Positions 1 to 10,846 of a DNA stretch of 64,000 nt are shown in pieces. Each line of letters begins with the position of its first letter. The first letter of the stretch is position 1. Both the position numbers and the translations under genes were made by a program. Source of the DNA: an uncultured bacterium (GTDB taxonomy: Bacteria > Hydrothermota > Tepidihabitantia > SM23-42 > JAOAFX01); contig CAYQKL010000008.1 of NCBI GenBank assembly GCA_964418185.1, positions 3,704-67,703 of the forward strand. Reading direction: 5' to 3'. Below the pieces are notes generated by a model. It did no database searches. It saw only the letters and a program-made list of their open reading frames with translations, and was not told the DNA's origin.

Positions 1-365
1 ATCGGACCCTTGCCATCAAGAGGCTCCCCAATAGGATTTATCACCCTGCCGATAAGGCCTTCACCAACTCCGACCTCAAGAATTCTGCCGGTTCCTTTGA
101 CAATATCCCCTTCTTTAATATTTTCGTAATCACCAAGCACAATCGCACCGATTCGGTCCTCAAGGAGGTTCAATGCTACACCCTGAATACCATTAGGAAA
201 TTCAAGCATCTCCGAAGCAAAACAATCCTGAAGTCCAGATATATGGGCAACACCATCACCAATCTCAATGACCGTGCCCACCCTTTCAATCTTAGTCTTC
301 TTTTCAAATTCAAACAGGTCTTTTTTTAATTCTTTTAGTAGTTTTTCTTTGATATCCTGGTTCAT
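1..365 (-). CDS. atpA: F0F1 ATP synthase subunit alpha, N-terminal ~121 aa; the gene continues beyond the window edge
   Basis: Hand translation of the minus strand from the ATG at 365 gives [10 protein letters not shown]...[31 protein letters not shown]. This matches the alpha-subunit N-terminal beta-barrel region. The gene lies downstream of atpH in the canonical operon order. Confidence 0.88.
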   Translation of the reverse strand, partial: MNQDIKEKLLKELKKDLFEFEKKTKIERVGTVIEIGDGVAHISGLQDCFASEMLEFPNGIQGVALNLLEDRIGAIVLGDYENIKEGDIVKGTGRILEVGVGEGLIGRVINPIGEPLDGKGP

Positions 366-372
366 AAATTCT

Positions 373-933
373 TCACCCCTGTTTCAAATTTTTCAGTAAC
401 AATTGAATCTTTGATTTCAAACTTACATCAATCATTATATCGCCGCTTTTGATAACCATCCCACCAATTATTTCAGGAGCAATTATGTTTCTTATACTTA
501 TAGGTTTCTGCAATCTACGCGCAAAAGACTGACGCAAGTTTTCTTTTTCTTCGTTAGTAAGAGGAACCGCAGTCTTCACTTCAATTTCCATAATTCCGGT
601 TTCAGCCGTTGTCCTTTGATAATTTCTCAGAATTTCGCCTAAATTTGATAAGGCATTGCTTCGCACCAAAAGAAAGATGAAGTCATAAGTTCTCTCACTA
701 ATGTAATCCTTAAACAACTCCTTTAAGGTCTTTTGTTTCTCAGTGAAAGAGATTCTTGGATTCTCAAGGTAGCCACGTAGTTTCAATGAAGAACGAAAAG
801 ATGAATTCACTAATTCCAATTCATTGATGACCATTTCAAGATCAGTCTTTTGCGACTGGAATTCTGTTTTTTCTTCAGGTAGAATGTCCGCCCCTTGTTT
901 TGGCCGATTATCGGTTAACCGATGTTTTTTCAA
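373..933 (-). CDS. atpH: F0F1 ATP synthase subunit delta (OSCP)
   Basis: The 186-aa ORF ends in the delta/OSCP-like C-terminus ...[25 protein letters not shown]. It sits between atpF and atpA. The N-terminal ~30 aa overlap atpF and may not be translated. Confidence 0.8.
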   Translation of the reverse strand: MKKHRLTDNRPKQGADILPEEKTEFQSQKTDLEMVINELELVNSSFRSSLKLRGYLENPRISFTEKQKTLKELFKDYISERTYDFIFLLVRSNALSNLGEILRNYQRTTAETGIMEIEVKTAVPLTNEEKENLRQSFARRLQKPISIRNIIAPEIIGGMVIKSGDIMIDVSLKSKIQLLLKNLKQG

Positions 934-1432
934 GTTCTTTCTCCACCTCTTTTATTGCTTCTTCAATTAAAGCCCGCTGAGATTTCTCGTCCAATTTCTT
1001 CTTTATCATTGAGGTACTCAGCTCAACAACCATTTCACCAACTTCCTTTTTTATGTCTGCCATTATGTTCTGTTTTTCAGTGGCAATCTCCTGCATTGTT
1101 CTATCAACAATTCTGCGTGCCTCTTCATTGGCAATTTCAATTATCTTTTTCTTCTCTTCATCACCCAATTTCGTCGCCTGTTCAATGATCCTATGGGCCT
1201 CTTTCTTCGCCTCTTCAAGATACTCTTTGTGCTTTTGTTCCGCCTCAGCCGCCTGCTTCTTTAAATTCTCTGCAGTCTTTATGCCATCTTCTATCTTAGA
1301 AGAACGTTCTTTAAATAGTCTAAGAATTGGTTTATAAAGAAAACGGTTCAAGATCCACAAAAGAATAAGAAAATTGATAATCTGGGCGATGAGAAGTAGA
1401 GGATTTATTCCGAGTTTGGTTAGGGCTTCCAT
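908..1432 (-). CDS. atpF: F0F1 ATP synthase subunit b
   Basis: There is one N-terminal TM helix followed by a long charged coiled coil (KKEAHRIIEQA...). Its position between atpE and atpH fits subunit b. Confidence 0.85.
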   Translation of the reverse strand: MEALTKLGINPLLLIAQIINFLILLWILNRFLYKPILRLFKERSSKIEDGIKTAENLKKQAAEAEQKHKEYLEEAKKEAHRIIEQATKLGDEEKKKIIEIANEEARRIVDRTMQEIATEKQNIMADIKKEVGEMVVELSTSMIKKKLDEKSQRALIEEAIKEVEKELEKTSVNR

Positions 1433-1434
1433 AA

Positions 1435-1689
<255 letters not shown>

Positions 1690-1764
1690 TTAGCGGACAT
1701 TGAAGCCAGTATCGTTTGAAGTAAATCGTTGATGATCTTTTAAATCCGGAAACCCATTACTATG

Positions 1765-1800
1765 CCATATAACGATACGGACATCTATGCCGTATAACCA
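1765..1800. repeat. Copy A of a dispersed palindromic intergenic repeat (ACGATACGG-N9-CCGTATAACC)
   Basis: Bases 1772-1799 read acgatacgg acatctatg ccgtataacc. The same core recurs at 26176-26222 and at 59494-59603. Confidence 0.5.
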
Positions 1801-1826
1801 AGTACCAATTGCCTTTATTAGAAAAA

Positions 1827-2624
1827 TCAATGCTCTTCCTCACTCGTTGCAATCTTTATAAAGAAAAGGGTTAAAAATGAGAAGATTAGTGCCTGAACAA
1901 TACCCACAAATATCTCAAGGGCAAGGAACGGCAGAGGAATTATAAACGGTATTAAAAAGAGCATCACCGTTAATAGGACCTCACCGGCAAAGATATTACC
2001 AAAGAGACGGAAAGAGAATGAGATAATTTTGGCAATTTCAGTGATCAGTTCCAGTATACCAACAAAGAACATTATCGGATTTTTAAGTTTTATGAATCTT
2101 TTAAGAAAACCTTTAAATCCTAATATTTGAATGCTGTAGATTTGAATAAAGATCACTGATATCAATGCGAGGGCAAGGGTTGTATTCAGATCTGCTGAGG
2201 CACCGCGGAATAATGGTACGAATTCCTTATGTTCTTCGGTTTCAGGCGTCTGTGATTCTCCAGTCACTGTTTCCATTTGTTCTATATGCGCAACCTTTTC
2301 CCGGTAAAAACCAATAGAACCGACTCCGGGCAAAAGACCAAACCAGTTGATTATCAAAACAAACAAAAATATAGTCATTACCAGCGGGAAGAATCGCCTG
2401 CCCTTTTCCTCACTCTCAAACACCTCGCATATGAGGTTATAGAAGTATTCCATTATATATTCCACGACATTCTGCAGACCTACAGGTACAATGTTTTTCT
2501 TCAATCTAACCAGGATTACAACTACGATAAACAATATAATCGTGAGCAAGGTCACAAGTAAAGAATTGGTTACGGGCAGGGAGCCAATTTTGAAGAGTTC
2601 TTCAGCCGCAATGGATATATGCAT
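1827..2624 (-). CDS. atpB: F0F1 ATP synthase subunit a
   Basis: Multi-TM protein with the conserved ...FRLFGNIFAGE... motif. The start is revised to the ATG at 2624, because the ORF-track extension to 2648 overlaps a consensus -10 element. Confidence 0.85.
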   Translation of the reverse strand: MHISIAAEELFKIGSLPVTNSLLVTLLTIILFIVVVILVRLKKNIVPVGLQNVVEYIMEYFYNLICEVFESEEKGRRFFPLVMTIFLFVLIINWFGLLPGVGSIGFYREKVAHIEQMETVTGESQTPETEEHKEFVPLFRGASADLNTTLALALISVIFIQIYSIQILGFKGFLKRFIKLKNPIMFFVGILELITEIAKIISFSFRLFGNIFAGEVLLTVMLFLIPFIIPLPFLALEIFVGIVQALIFSFLTLFFIKIATSEEEH

Positions 2625-2631
2625 AGAAAAG

Positions 2632-2659
2632 ATTATATCCAAAATCAAAAAAAAATCAA
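2632..2659 (-). promoter_or_regulatory. Consensus sigma70-type promoter for the atp operon: TTGATT-N16-TATAAT, 7 nt upstream of the ATG
   Basis: On the minus strand the -35 element is at 2654-2659 and the -10 element at 2632-2637. The atpB ATG lies at 2624, which predicts a leaderless transcript. Confidence 0.6.
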
Positions 2660-2674
2660 GAGAAAAAAGCGTTG

Positions 2675-2702
2675 TTGACTTTTTTGATTATTTAGGTATA
2701 AT
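2675..2702 (+). promoter_or_regulatory. Consensus promoter TTGACT-N16-TATAAT for the ppiD-like gene
   Basis: The -35 element is at 2675-2680 and the -10 element at 2697-2702. A 22-nt leader carrying an AGGAGA SD precedes the ATG at 2725. Confidence 0.6.
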
Positions 2703-2724
2703 AAACAATGCACAGGAGAAAAAT

Positions 2725-4437
2725 ATGATGCAAAATTTTCGCCGTAATACGCGGATTATATTATTCATTGTGGTTGCTGCATTTGCCTTATTGATATTCT
2801 TCCAATGGGGACTTGATATTACAGGTATAAGCGGAAAAGAAGAGGTGAATATTGCCCAGATTGATGGAGTGCCGGTATCGTATAGTGACTATCTGAGATT
2901 TATCCAGAACAAGGAAAAGGAAAGGAAGGGTATAACCCGTGAAGAAATATGGAATTTAATGCTTGATGAAGTTATGTGGAATAATCTTATAAGAAAAGAG
3001 AATATCAAGATTGTGGATGATGAAATCTGGGCAATCATAAAAAGCAATCCTCCCCGCGAAATTTATGAATCAGAATATATGAAGGATAGCGCGGGTAAAT
3101 TTGACTATAATAAATATCTTGATTTATTAAAGGCTCCTCAGAGCAGACAATGGCTTCTTGAATATGAATTTAATCTGCGCAAGGAATTGCCTAAAGAAAA
3201 ACTGCGTTCTCTGATTTTTACAATGGCGTGGTCTTCACCGTTTGAAGATAGTGTAACAATGTCAAAACAAACAGTATTATATGATTTCACTTTTTTGAGT
3301 CTTCCTCTTTTTAGACTACGGGGCAAAAGCGCAATTTCAGATGAAGATTTGAAAACCTATTATGAAAAGCATAAGAAAGATTTCAGTTATCCTGAAAGCA
3401 AAATTTTAAAGTATGTATTCATTGAAAAAACTCCTTCAAGCGATGACACAACTGAAGCAAGGGAACGACTTGAAGATGTCCTGCTCAGAGTTAAAGAAGG
3501 TGAAGATTTCCTGACTGTTGCCCGTGAGGTCTCGGATGATACATTGATTCAAAGAAAATTCAGCAATGAGAATGAATTGCTTCCTTATGAGCTGGATATT
3601 TATAAGAAGTTAAAAGACGGTGAAATTTCTAATATTGTGCTTACCTCAAAGGGTTTTACACTCATTAAACGTGTGAGCAAAGGTCTATTCTATACAGTGC
3701 GTGCCAATATCAATGTTTCTTCAACTACCCTTGCGGAAATTAATGACCGTCTTGAATCATTTAAGACTTCCGTGAAGGAACTGGGTTTTGAAGAGGCTGC
3801 AAAAGATTTCAATCTTATGGTTCACAAGACACCACCCTTGAGTCCGGAAAGAATAAACTTCCCGGTACGAAACCAGACAGAATTCGCCAAAGTTTTGAAA
3901 AAGGGACTCAAGAAAAATGAAGTAATTGGTCCTTTCAGCAGTTTTGGCGGTTATTATCTTTTTGCAATTGATTCAATTATCCCCAGTAAAATCCTGGATC
4001 TCAATAGCGATAATGATAAGAATATTATTCGGGCAAGATATGAACGTGAGAATTTGAAGAATTATCTTACTGAATACCTGAACAATTTGTTCAATCAAAT
4101 ACAATCCGGTTCCACCCTGGAACAAATTGCCCAAAAGGATACATTGCTTTTTATCCAAAGCGATCTCAAGAACATGCTACTTGCAGATATTGAAGCCCGA
4201 TATGGGCAGGAATTTGCCGGAACCATTGCCGGGCTTGAGGCTAATAATATTTCAAAACCATTGATAACTGACTGGGCAGGATATATAATCCGGTGTGATA
4301 AGAAGACTGCTATGCCTTTTGATTCAACAATGGTGTCATCCTTACAATATGTGCGTCAGATGCGACTGCAAAATCTCAGTCAAGCAATTTTCACACCAAG
4401 AAAGATTGTTGATAACCGGGATAAATTTTTTGAATAA
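2725..4437 (+). CDS. PpiD/SurA-like periplasmic chaperone (putative peptidyl-prolyl isomerase), N-terminally membrane-anchored
   Basis: The protein has an N-terminal TM segment (IILFIVVAAFALLIFF) and a SurA-N-like region, and is about 570 aa long. A promoter and SD element sit immediately upstream. The upstream in-frame portion of the ORF-track call is not used. Confidence 0.55.
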   Translation: MMQNFRRNTRIILFIVVAAFALLIFFQWGLDITGISGKEEVNIAQIDGVPVSYSDYLRFIQNKEKERKGITREEIWNLMLDEVMWNNLIRKENIKIVDDEIWAIIKSNPPREIYESEYMKDSAGKFDYNKYLDLLKAPQSRQWLLEYEFNLRKELPKEKLRSLIFTMAWSSPFEDSVTMSKQTVLYDFTFLSLPLFRLRGKSAISDEDLKTYYEKHKKDFSYPESKILKYVFIEKTPSSDDTTEARERLEDVLLRVKEGEDFLTVAREVSDDTLIQRKFSNENELLPYELDIYKKLKDGEISNIVLTSKGFTLIKRVSKGLFYTVRANINVSSTTLAEINDRLESFKTSVKELGFEEAAKDFNLMVHKTPPLSPERINFPVRNQTEFAKVLKKGLKKNEVIGPFSSFGGYYLFAIDSIIPSKILDLNSDNDKNIIRARYERENLKNYLTEYLNNLFNQIQSGSTLEQIAQKDTLLFIQSDLKNMLLADIEARYGQEFAGTIAGLEANNISKPLITDWAGYIIRCDKKTAMPFDSTMVSSLQYVRQMRLQNLSQAIFTPRKIVDNRDKFFE

Positions 4438-4440
4438 TTC

Positions 4441-6342
4441 CTAACTTAAATTCAGTTTTATTTTTTCAATCAATCCATCTGCATCAAGACCGTATTTTTT
4501 GTATAATACATCAGGTTCGTCTGAACAACCGTATTGTTCAATACCAATTTTGATCAGTTTTGTGGATATGTTTGCCTCGGCAATTATCTGGGCTATAATA
4601 CTACCAAGGCCGGTATAGACTATGTGGTCTTCACAGGTTATGATAAAACCGGTCTTTGCTGATACTTTAACTACCTCTGGGTCAATCAGGAATGGTGATG
4701 AAATATTGTATATCCTGATTTTTATGCCCTGGTGACTTAATTTTTCATATGCCTTTATTGCCTGATCGACCATTGGTCCCATAGTGAAGATAACGCCGGA
4801 ATCACCATCTCTGAGAAGGTCAGGTTTGCCATATTCAAAATTGTAATCTTCATCATAGAAGACTTCACCATTTATCTTTTTTACTACAGGTAATTTTGTT
4901 CTACCCACGCCGATTACCCAGTTACCGGGTTGTTTCAAGACATAACGAACAATATGATCAGTCTGATTTGGGTCGGCAGGGATAACAATCTTAAATCCAA
5001 AGAGATTTCTCAAGAGACCCAGATAATCAATGCAATGGTGGGTCTTGCCATCCTGTCCAACATTGTAACCAAGGTGGGTAGCAAATATCTTCAGGTTGGC
5101 ATTATTTATGTCATTCAATCTTAACTGATTATACACCTCATCTATAGCGAAGACACCGAAATCTGCCCAGATACTGACGATTCCATTTGTTGATACAGCA
5201 CCGGCAATTGTTGCAGTTGTATGTTCACTAACACCGGACTCAAAGAAATTATGGGGTAGAATCCGGGCAAACTTATTGGTTTTTACTGAATCTGCAAGGT
5301 CACAGTCAAACACCGCAACCTTTTCAGGAGCATTCAGGTTACCTATCTCTTCAAGCACATTACCAAAAACCACTCTTGGATCAGTAGTATCCCTGTATAC
5401 TTTTGGTCTACCCGTTTCAATTGCAGGATAAGGTATTTCACTCTTTTTGTATACTTTTACCGGCTTATTTTTATCCTTCAACAATCTTTCAGTGTCATCT
5501 TCAATTTCCAGTTCTTTAAGGGCTTGATGACATTCTTCCCGAGTCAGTGCCTGGCCATGATATTTCGCATTGTTTTCCATAAAAGATACGCCTTTACCAA
5601 TTGTTGTTTCACAAATAATTACATAGGGTTTTGTTCTATCTGATATTGCCTTTCTTATTGCCTGATAGATTTCTCTATGATTGTGGCCTGAGATTTCAAG
5701 CACCTGCCAGGCATCAGCAAGGTAATTCTCTCTAATATTTACGGGCATAACATCCTCAACCCTGCCCGATATCTGGAAATGATTGTAATCAATCAGGACG
5801 GTAAGATTGGAGAGTTTGAATTTATGCGCGAACCTTCTTGCCTCAGATACCTGTCCTTTTGCCTGCTCTGCATCACTCATTACCACAAAAGTATGATAGT
5901 TTAGGTTCTTTAACTTTGCACTTAAGGCAAACCCACAACCAGCAGATAAGCCCTGTCCCAGATTGCCTGTCGACCATTCCACTCCAGGGATGTGACGTTC
6001 AATATGTCCCTCAAAAATGCTGTGTACCTTTCTAAATCCGGTCAACAAATCATTCAAGTCAATAAAACCAAGTCGTGCAAGTGCCGCATATAGACCGGGT
6101 GAAGTATGACCGTGGCTTACAATAATTCTATCTCTATCAGGTGAATCATAATTCTCGGGCGTGATACTTGCAAAATAAAGTAGTGTTAGAAAAATGTCAA
6201 TTGAAGACATTGAGCCACCAGGATGCCCAGAACCGGCAATCGTCGTCATTTTAATTATGTCACCACGACACAACCTTGCAGTTTCCTCAAGGTCAAGCCA
6301 GACCCCGGGATCTATTTCCTCATAGAAATTTGGTTTGTTCAT
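4441..6342 (-). CDS. tkt: transketolase
   Basis: The 633-aa protein has a TPP-binding N-terminal domain (...GSGHPGGSMSSIDIF...) together with pyrimidine-binding and C-terminal domains. It is the last gene of the rng operon. Confidence 0.9.
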   Translation of the reverse strand: MNKPNFYEEIDPGVWLDLEETARLCRGDIIKMTTIAGSGHPGGSMSSIDIFLTLLYFASITPENYDSPDRDRIIVSHGHTSPGLYAALARLGFIDLNDLLTGFRKVHSIFEGHIERHIPGVEWSTGNLGQGLSAGCGFALSAKLKNLNYHTFVVMSDAEQAKGQVSEARRFAHKFKLSNLTVLIDYNHFQISGRVEDVMPVNIRENYLADAWQVLEISGHNHREIYQAIRKAISDRTKPYVIICETTIGKGVSFMENNAKYHGQALTREECHQALKELEIEDDTERLLKDKNKPVKVYKKSEIPYPAIETGRPKVYRDTTDPRVVFGNVLEEIGNLNAPEKVAVFDCDLADSVKTNKFARILPHNFFESGVSEHTTATIAGAVSTNGIVSIWADFGVFAIDEVYNQLRLNDINNANLKIFATHLGYNVGQDGKTHHCIDYLGLLRNLFGFKIVIPADPNQTDHIVRYVLKQPGNWVIGVGRTKLPVVKKINGEVFYDEDYNFEYGKPDLLRDGDSGVIFTMGPMVDQAIKAYEKLSHQGIKIRIYNISSPFLIDPEVVKVSAKTGFIITCEDHIVYTGLGSIIAQIIAEANISTKLIKIGIEQYGCSDEPDVLYKKYGLDADGLIEKIKLNLS

Positions 6343-7817
6343 ATCACCGCCACCTTGAAGTCATCCTCTGCCATTGTATAATCCGCTTTTATTTTCAAAA
6401 TAAGGTTGCAATCACGAGAGAATTTTGCCAGAATATCAGAACCCCGGGTCGTAAGAAAATCAGCGATACGTGGTGAAACCTGCAGTTCCACAATTTTATT
6501 CTTTATAGAGCGGGTATTATTAAAGAACCATCTTTCGATATCACTAATAACACTGAGTTTTGAGATTATTCTACCGCGTCCCTTGCATACCGGGCATACT
6601 TCACTCAATGAATATGTGAGGCTTGTGCGCGAACGTTCCCTGGTGAACTGGAATAGACCAAATTCACTGATTTCACCAATCCGATAGCGGGCGCGATCAC
6701 TACGGATCAATGATTTGAACTCTCGTGTAATCTTTTCTAAGTTTTCTCTTTTTTCAAGATCGATCAAGTCCACAACCACAAGTCCACCAATATCGCGCAA
6801 ACGGAGCTGCCGTGCAATTTCCTTTATTGCTTCAAGATTTGTGGAAAGGGCAAGTCTTTCTGCCTGTTTTTCCTTTGAAGACTTTCCGGTATTAACATCA
6901 ATTGCAAGAAATGCCTCGGTTTGATCCATAACAATATAGCCACCGCTTGGTAACCAGATTTTTCTTTCAAAGATTGTTTTTAACTGTTCTTCTATGCCAT
7001 ATTTAAAAAACAATGGTTCAGAATCTCTATAAAATTTTACCCGGGATCGCATACGCGGTGAAACATTGCTGAGATATTGAATTATCTCACGATACTTTGG
7101 TTCATTATCAACGTAGAGATTTCTCACCTCTTGATTGAAAAGATCGCGCACAATCTTGATGAGGGTACTTGGTTCGGCATGGACCAGCCGCGGTGCAGGT
7201 TCAATAGTAGATTTGATACTCTTCTCCCACATTGATTTCAAATACTGTACTTCTTGTTGTATCTCCTCAGGTCGGGCAGTTGCCGCAGCAGTTCTTATTA
7301 TCAAGCCCATACCCGATGGTTTAATTTCCTTTCCGAGACGGGCAAGTTGTTCTCTTTCATGCCGGTGATGTATTTTTCTTGAGACACCTACATTTTTTGC
7401 ATTCAGAAGTAGGACGACATATCTTCCGGGGATGGAGATATAGGATGTTACGCGCGGTCCTTTTACTCCATATGAATCCTTTGTGATCTGCACAATAATT
7501 TCTTGATTTTCTTTCAGCTTTATGCCTTCAGTTTTGAATTCTTCATCAATTTCAATATCTTCATTCTCAAACAACTCGGAAAATTCTTTGAAGGGAATTT
7601 CATCAAGGGGAAGAAAGCCATTCTTCTCAAGTCCGATATCAACAAATGCTGCCTTTAAACCGGACATAAGATTAAGCACACGTGCCTTATAGATATTCCC
7701 CACGAGACTGATCTGGTCTGGTCGGTCCACATGAAATTCAATTAAGACATCATTTTCTAAAACCGCAATTCTGGTTTCTGTGGTTGCAACACTCACAAAG
7801 ATATCCTTCCTGATCAT
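6339..7817 (-). CDS. rng: ribonuclease G/E family endoribonuclease
   Basis: It has an S1 domain plus an RNase E/G catalytic core (…DIGLEKNGFLPLDE…, ...VVVDLIDLE...) and is 492 aa long. Confidence 0.85.
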   Translation of the reverse strand: MIRKDIFVSVATTETRIAVLENDVLIEFHVDRPDQISLVGNIYKARVLNLMSGLKAAFVDIGLEKNGFLPLDEIPFKEFSELFENEDIEIDEEFKTEGIKLKENQEIIVQITKDSYGVKGPRVTSYISIPGRYVVLLLNAKNVGVSRKIHHRHEREQLARLGKEIKPSGMGLIIRTAAATARPEEIQQEVQYLKSMWEKSIKSTIEPAPRLVHAEPSTLIKIVRDLFNQEVRNLYVDNEPKYREIIQYLSNVSPRMRSRVKFYRDSEPLFFKYGIEEQLKTIFERKIWLPSGGYIVMDQTEAFLAIDVNTGKSSKEKQAERLALSTNLEAIKEIARQLRLRDIGGLVVVDLIDLEKRENLEKITREFKSLIRSDRARYRIGEISEFGLFQFTRERSRTSLTYSLSEVCPVCKGRGRIISKLSVISDIERWFFNNTRSIKNKIVELQVSPRIADFLTTRGSDILAKFSRDCNLILKIKADYTMAEDDFKVAVI

Positions 7818-10228
7818 TTTACCTCCATCGGTGAGTATAATAAACCACCCTGTTTAATAAACATTAAGTTTCTGGTAACCTTAAATTTTTTTGCTTGCTC
7901 CAGCGGGATTTCAGAGAGATAAGAACATAATTCATAAATATTTATGTACTTTTCTCCATAATATAAACCACAATTCAAAATGCCTTCCTTGAAGGAAACT
8001 GATTCAATGGTTTCTGAGAGATTCTTTACCCGTGATTTGGAATTTACATAAATGGGTTGATCCTTAAAGATATCAATCGGCTTACGAATTTCATCAGCAG
8101 GAATGGAAACTTCATAATAAATCAGATTTATGGAATTTGACAATGATGGAGTGTTATGGGAAATTGCCCGGACATCAAGAATGCGAATACCGGGTGGAAA
8201 ACGGGCATTTAGATCCCTTGAAATATTACCCAAATATTCACCATCAAGGTAAAAATCAAAATAATCTGCCTTTGAAATCTGTCCTACACTCTTTGGTGGA
8301 CCAAAGGAGACTTTCGGTATGGGCGAAAATCCTGAGGTAAAACTTAGGGGTAAATCAGTTCTTCTCAATGCACGATAGATTGTTCTTGTAATATCCAGAT
8401 GAGAGGCATAACGGAAATCCTCGCCGACTGAATACTTGACTCGATAGATAAATGATTGAGGATTTTTTTTGGGATAGCGTCCGTAACCAAGATATTTTTC
8501 TTCAGTCTGATGAAACTTTACTACATCGCCATCACAAACGCCGCAATCAGAGCACTCAGCATAATAGCAGTTTTGTGTAATAATGCCTTTCTCTGCACGG
8601 TCATACTCCGTCTTTAAAAATTCTTTCTTTACGCCAATATCAATAAAATCCCAGGGACGATGAGTTTGTTCATTCAAATATTGTTGAGGGTTAACGCCAG
8701 TTTTCTCAAATGCCTTTTCCCATCTTTTGAAATCAAAGAATTCACGCCATTCTTCAAATATGCCGCCAGTTTTATAGACTTCCTCAATTACCGGGAAGAT
8801 CTTCTCATCCCCACGCGAGAGGAATGCTTCAATAAAGGATACATCTGGTGATTGATAGTTCAGGTCAATCCTGGTTTTTTTCAAACTCTTAATCATTTCA
8901 ATACGCGAGTGTAATTCCTCAATGGACAAAAACCTTACAGATTCAAACGGGGTGTGGGGTTTGGGAATGAACGATGAAACCGACAATTTTATTCCGCCCT
9001 TAGGATACAGTTTCAGAATCTCAGTGACCAGCCGCTTTATCTCCTGAACATCTTTTTCCTGTTCAAATGGAAGGCCGACCATAAAATACAATTTTACCTG
9101 ACGCCAGCCCTGCTCATAGGCAATTTTCATAGAATTCAGCAGGGTCTGTTCTGAAAATGGTTTATTAATCTTGCGTCTCAATTCTTCAGATGCGGATTCG
9201 GGCGCGAATGTTATCCCGGTTTTTTTGATCTCCTTAAGCAGAGATGCAATACCTTCATTGAATAACTCACCGCGCATTGCTGGAAGAGAGATACCGATAT
9301 TCTTCTTTTTCAAAAGTTCATTGAGTTTTCTTATGAGATTAAAAAGATTGGGATAATCAAGGATAGAAAAAGACAGAAGAGAAACCTCTTCCCAGCCGGT
9401 CTCCCTGATTCCCCTTTCTACAGCCTTAAGGATATTTGATTCTGACCTTATACGTAATGGACGGTTTGTAAAACCCGCCTGACAGAAACGGCAGCCATAA
9501 GTGCAACCTCTCATCACTTCTATCCCCAGTCGATCATGGGTGATATCGCAAATCGGAAGGATTGATGGAAAAGGAATTGTATCATCGGTAAGCTGCTTCA
9601 AAATTCTTTTTCTTATAATTTTTTCCTTTTTATGAATCTGAGGAACCCAGACACCTTCCAATTTTGACATTGTTTCAATTCGTTCTAACTTTTTTTCTCG
9701 GGGAATGTTTATAAGAATTTGACTGATCTCTCTAATGGGTTCTTCGCCATCACCAATGACGAATGCGTCAAATACAGGACTGAGGGGATTGGGATTCAGA
9801 GTACAGGGTCCACCCGCAATCAAAATGGGATCTTGATTATTTCTGTCTGCACTTCTATACGGGATGCCGGCAGTCTCAAGGATATATAGTAAATTGGTGT
9901 AGTTCAGTTCGCTCTGGAGTGAAAAACCCAAAAGGTCAAATTCTCGCAAGGGTCTTTTTGTTTCAAGTCCGTACAAGGGTACATCTGATTGTCTCAGGTA
10001 ATTACCAAAATCAGGCCAGGGTGCAAAGATTCTTTCACATTGAATTGATGGTTGTTGATTAAACAGATGGTAAATAATCTTGATGCCCAGATTGGACATT
10101 CCAATTTCATAGATTTCGGGGAAAACAATACCCACAAGAATTTGGGGGTTGTTTTTTACTGTTATATTAAGTTCTCCACCAGTATAACGGATTGGTCTTT
10201 TTACGAGAGGAAGAATATCATCAAGCAT
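7814..10228 (-). CDS. radical SAM protein, a fusion of a TIGR03960-family module and a TIGR03936/DUF2344-family module
   Basis: The CxxxCxxC motif is present as MRGCTYGCRFCQAG. The family N-terminus MLDDILPLVKRPIRYTGGE is present, so the start is set at the internal ATG. Neighbourhood with rng is conserved for this family. Confidence 0.75.
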   Translation of the reverse strand: MLDDILPLVKRPIRYTGGELNITVKNNPQILVGIVFPEIYEIGMSNLGIKIIYHLFNQQPSIQCERIFAPWPDFGNYLRQSDVPLYGLETKRPLREFDLLGFSLQSELNYTNLLYILETAGIPYRSADRNNQDPILIAGGPCTLNPNPLSPVFDAFVIGDGEEPIREISQILINIPREKKLERIETMSKLEGVWVPQIHKKEKIIRKRILKQLTDDTIPFPSILPICDITHDRLGIEVMRGCTYGCRFCQAGFTNRPLRIRSESNILKAVERGIRETGWEEVSLLSFSILDYPNLFNLIRKLNELLKKKNIGISLPAMRGELFNEGIASLLKEIKKTGITFAPESASEELRRKINKPFSEQTLLNSMKIAYEQGWRQVKLYFMVGLPFEQEKDVQEIKRLVTEILKLYPKGGIKLSVSSFIPKPHTPFESVRFLSIEELHSRIEMIKSLKKTRIDLNYQSPDVSFIEAFLSRGDEKIFPVIEEVYKTGGIFEEWREFFDFKRWEKAFEKTGVNPQQYLNEQTHRPWDFIDIGVKKEFLKTEYDRAEKGIITQNCYYAECSDCGVCDGDVVKFHQTEEKYLGYGRYPKKNPQSFIYRVKYSVGEDFRYASHLDITRTIYRALRRTDLPLSFTSGFSPIPKVSFGPPKSVGQISKADYFDFYLDGEYLGNISRDLNARFPPGIRILDVRAISHNTPSLSNSINLIYYEVSIPADEIRKPIDIFKDQPIYVNSKSRVKNLSETIESVSFKEGILNCGLYYGEKYINIYELCSYLSEIPLEQAKKFKVTRNLMFIKQGGLLYSPMEVK

Positions 10229-10312
10229 ACTACCTGCTAAATTGTTATATGGCAAAATGGTCGTCCGTAACAACACCTAACGGATTTAACCTTTCACCAC
10301 TTAACTAATTTA

Positions 10313-10846
10313 TTAAAGCAATTCGAAACCCCTTTCTAATGCCCGGTCATTTAGGGCAAGTTGTTCTTCTCCAGCCCGGGCAAATCGCTTGCGCTGAGCC
10401 TTTTTCATACTTTCTATGCCAATGATGCCCGCCTTTTTAATCATTGCCCCAAGCATCACCATATTTGCGACTCTGCCCTGGCCAAGTTCTTCAGCAATTT
10501 TGTTCGCCTCTACGGATACAATTGTAATGTCATTTCTCTTTGGTCGGGATTTAATCAGAGTGTGATTAAAGAACAATATACCTTCGGATTTAACCATCGG
10601 CTCAAACTTCAGTAGAGATGGTTCATTCATAATGATTACAATATCAGGATTGGTGACTACCGGAGAAGCAATTTTCTGGTCTGATATCACAACTGAGCAA
10701 TTTGCAGTGCCGCCACGCATTTCAGCACCATAAGAAGGAAAGAATGTAACATTTAAATTGTCAAATAAACCCGCATAGGCGAGGATAATACCCGAAGAAA
10801 CCACACCCTGGCCTCCAAAACCTGCAATGATAATTTCACTGGTCAC
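10313..10846 (-). CDS. 2-oxoacid:ferredoxin oxidoreductase, gamma subunit
   Basis: The N-terminus AGFGGQGVVSSGIILAYAG is typical of POR/KOR gamma subunits. Confidence 0.85.
   Translation of the reverse strand: MTSEIIIAGFGGQGVVSSGIILAYAGLFDNLNVTFFPSYGAEMRGGTANCSVVISDQKIASPVVTNPDIVIIMNEPSLLKFEPMVKSEGILFFNHTLIKSRPKRNDITIVSVEANKIAEELGQGRVANMVMLGAMIKKAGIIGIESMKKAQRKRFARAGEEQLALNDRALERGFELL

Noticed and set aside
2625-2648. ORF-track N-terminal extensions of atpB (to 2648), the btuF-like gene (to 18225), the M23 peptidase gene (from 30218) and serA (to 34404)
   Set aside because: The extensions begin at TTG or ATG codons that overlap the consensus -10 or -35 hexamers of the gene's own promoter, or overlap its SD element. 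I used the downstream starts in each case.
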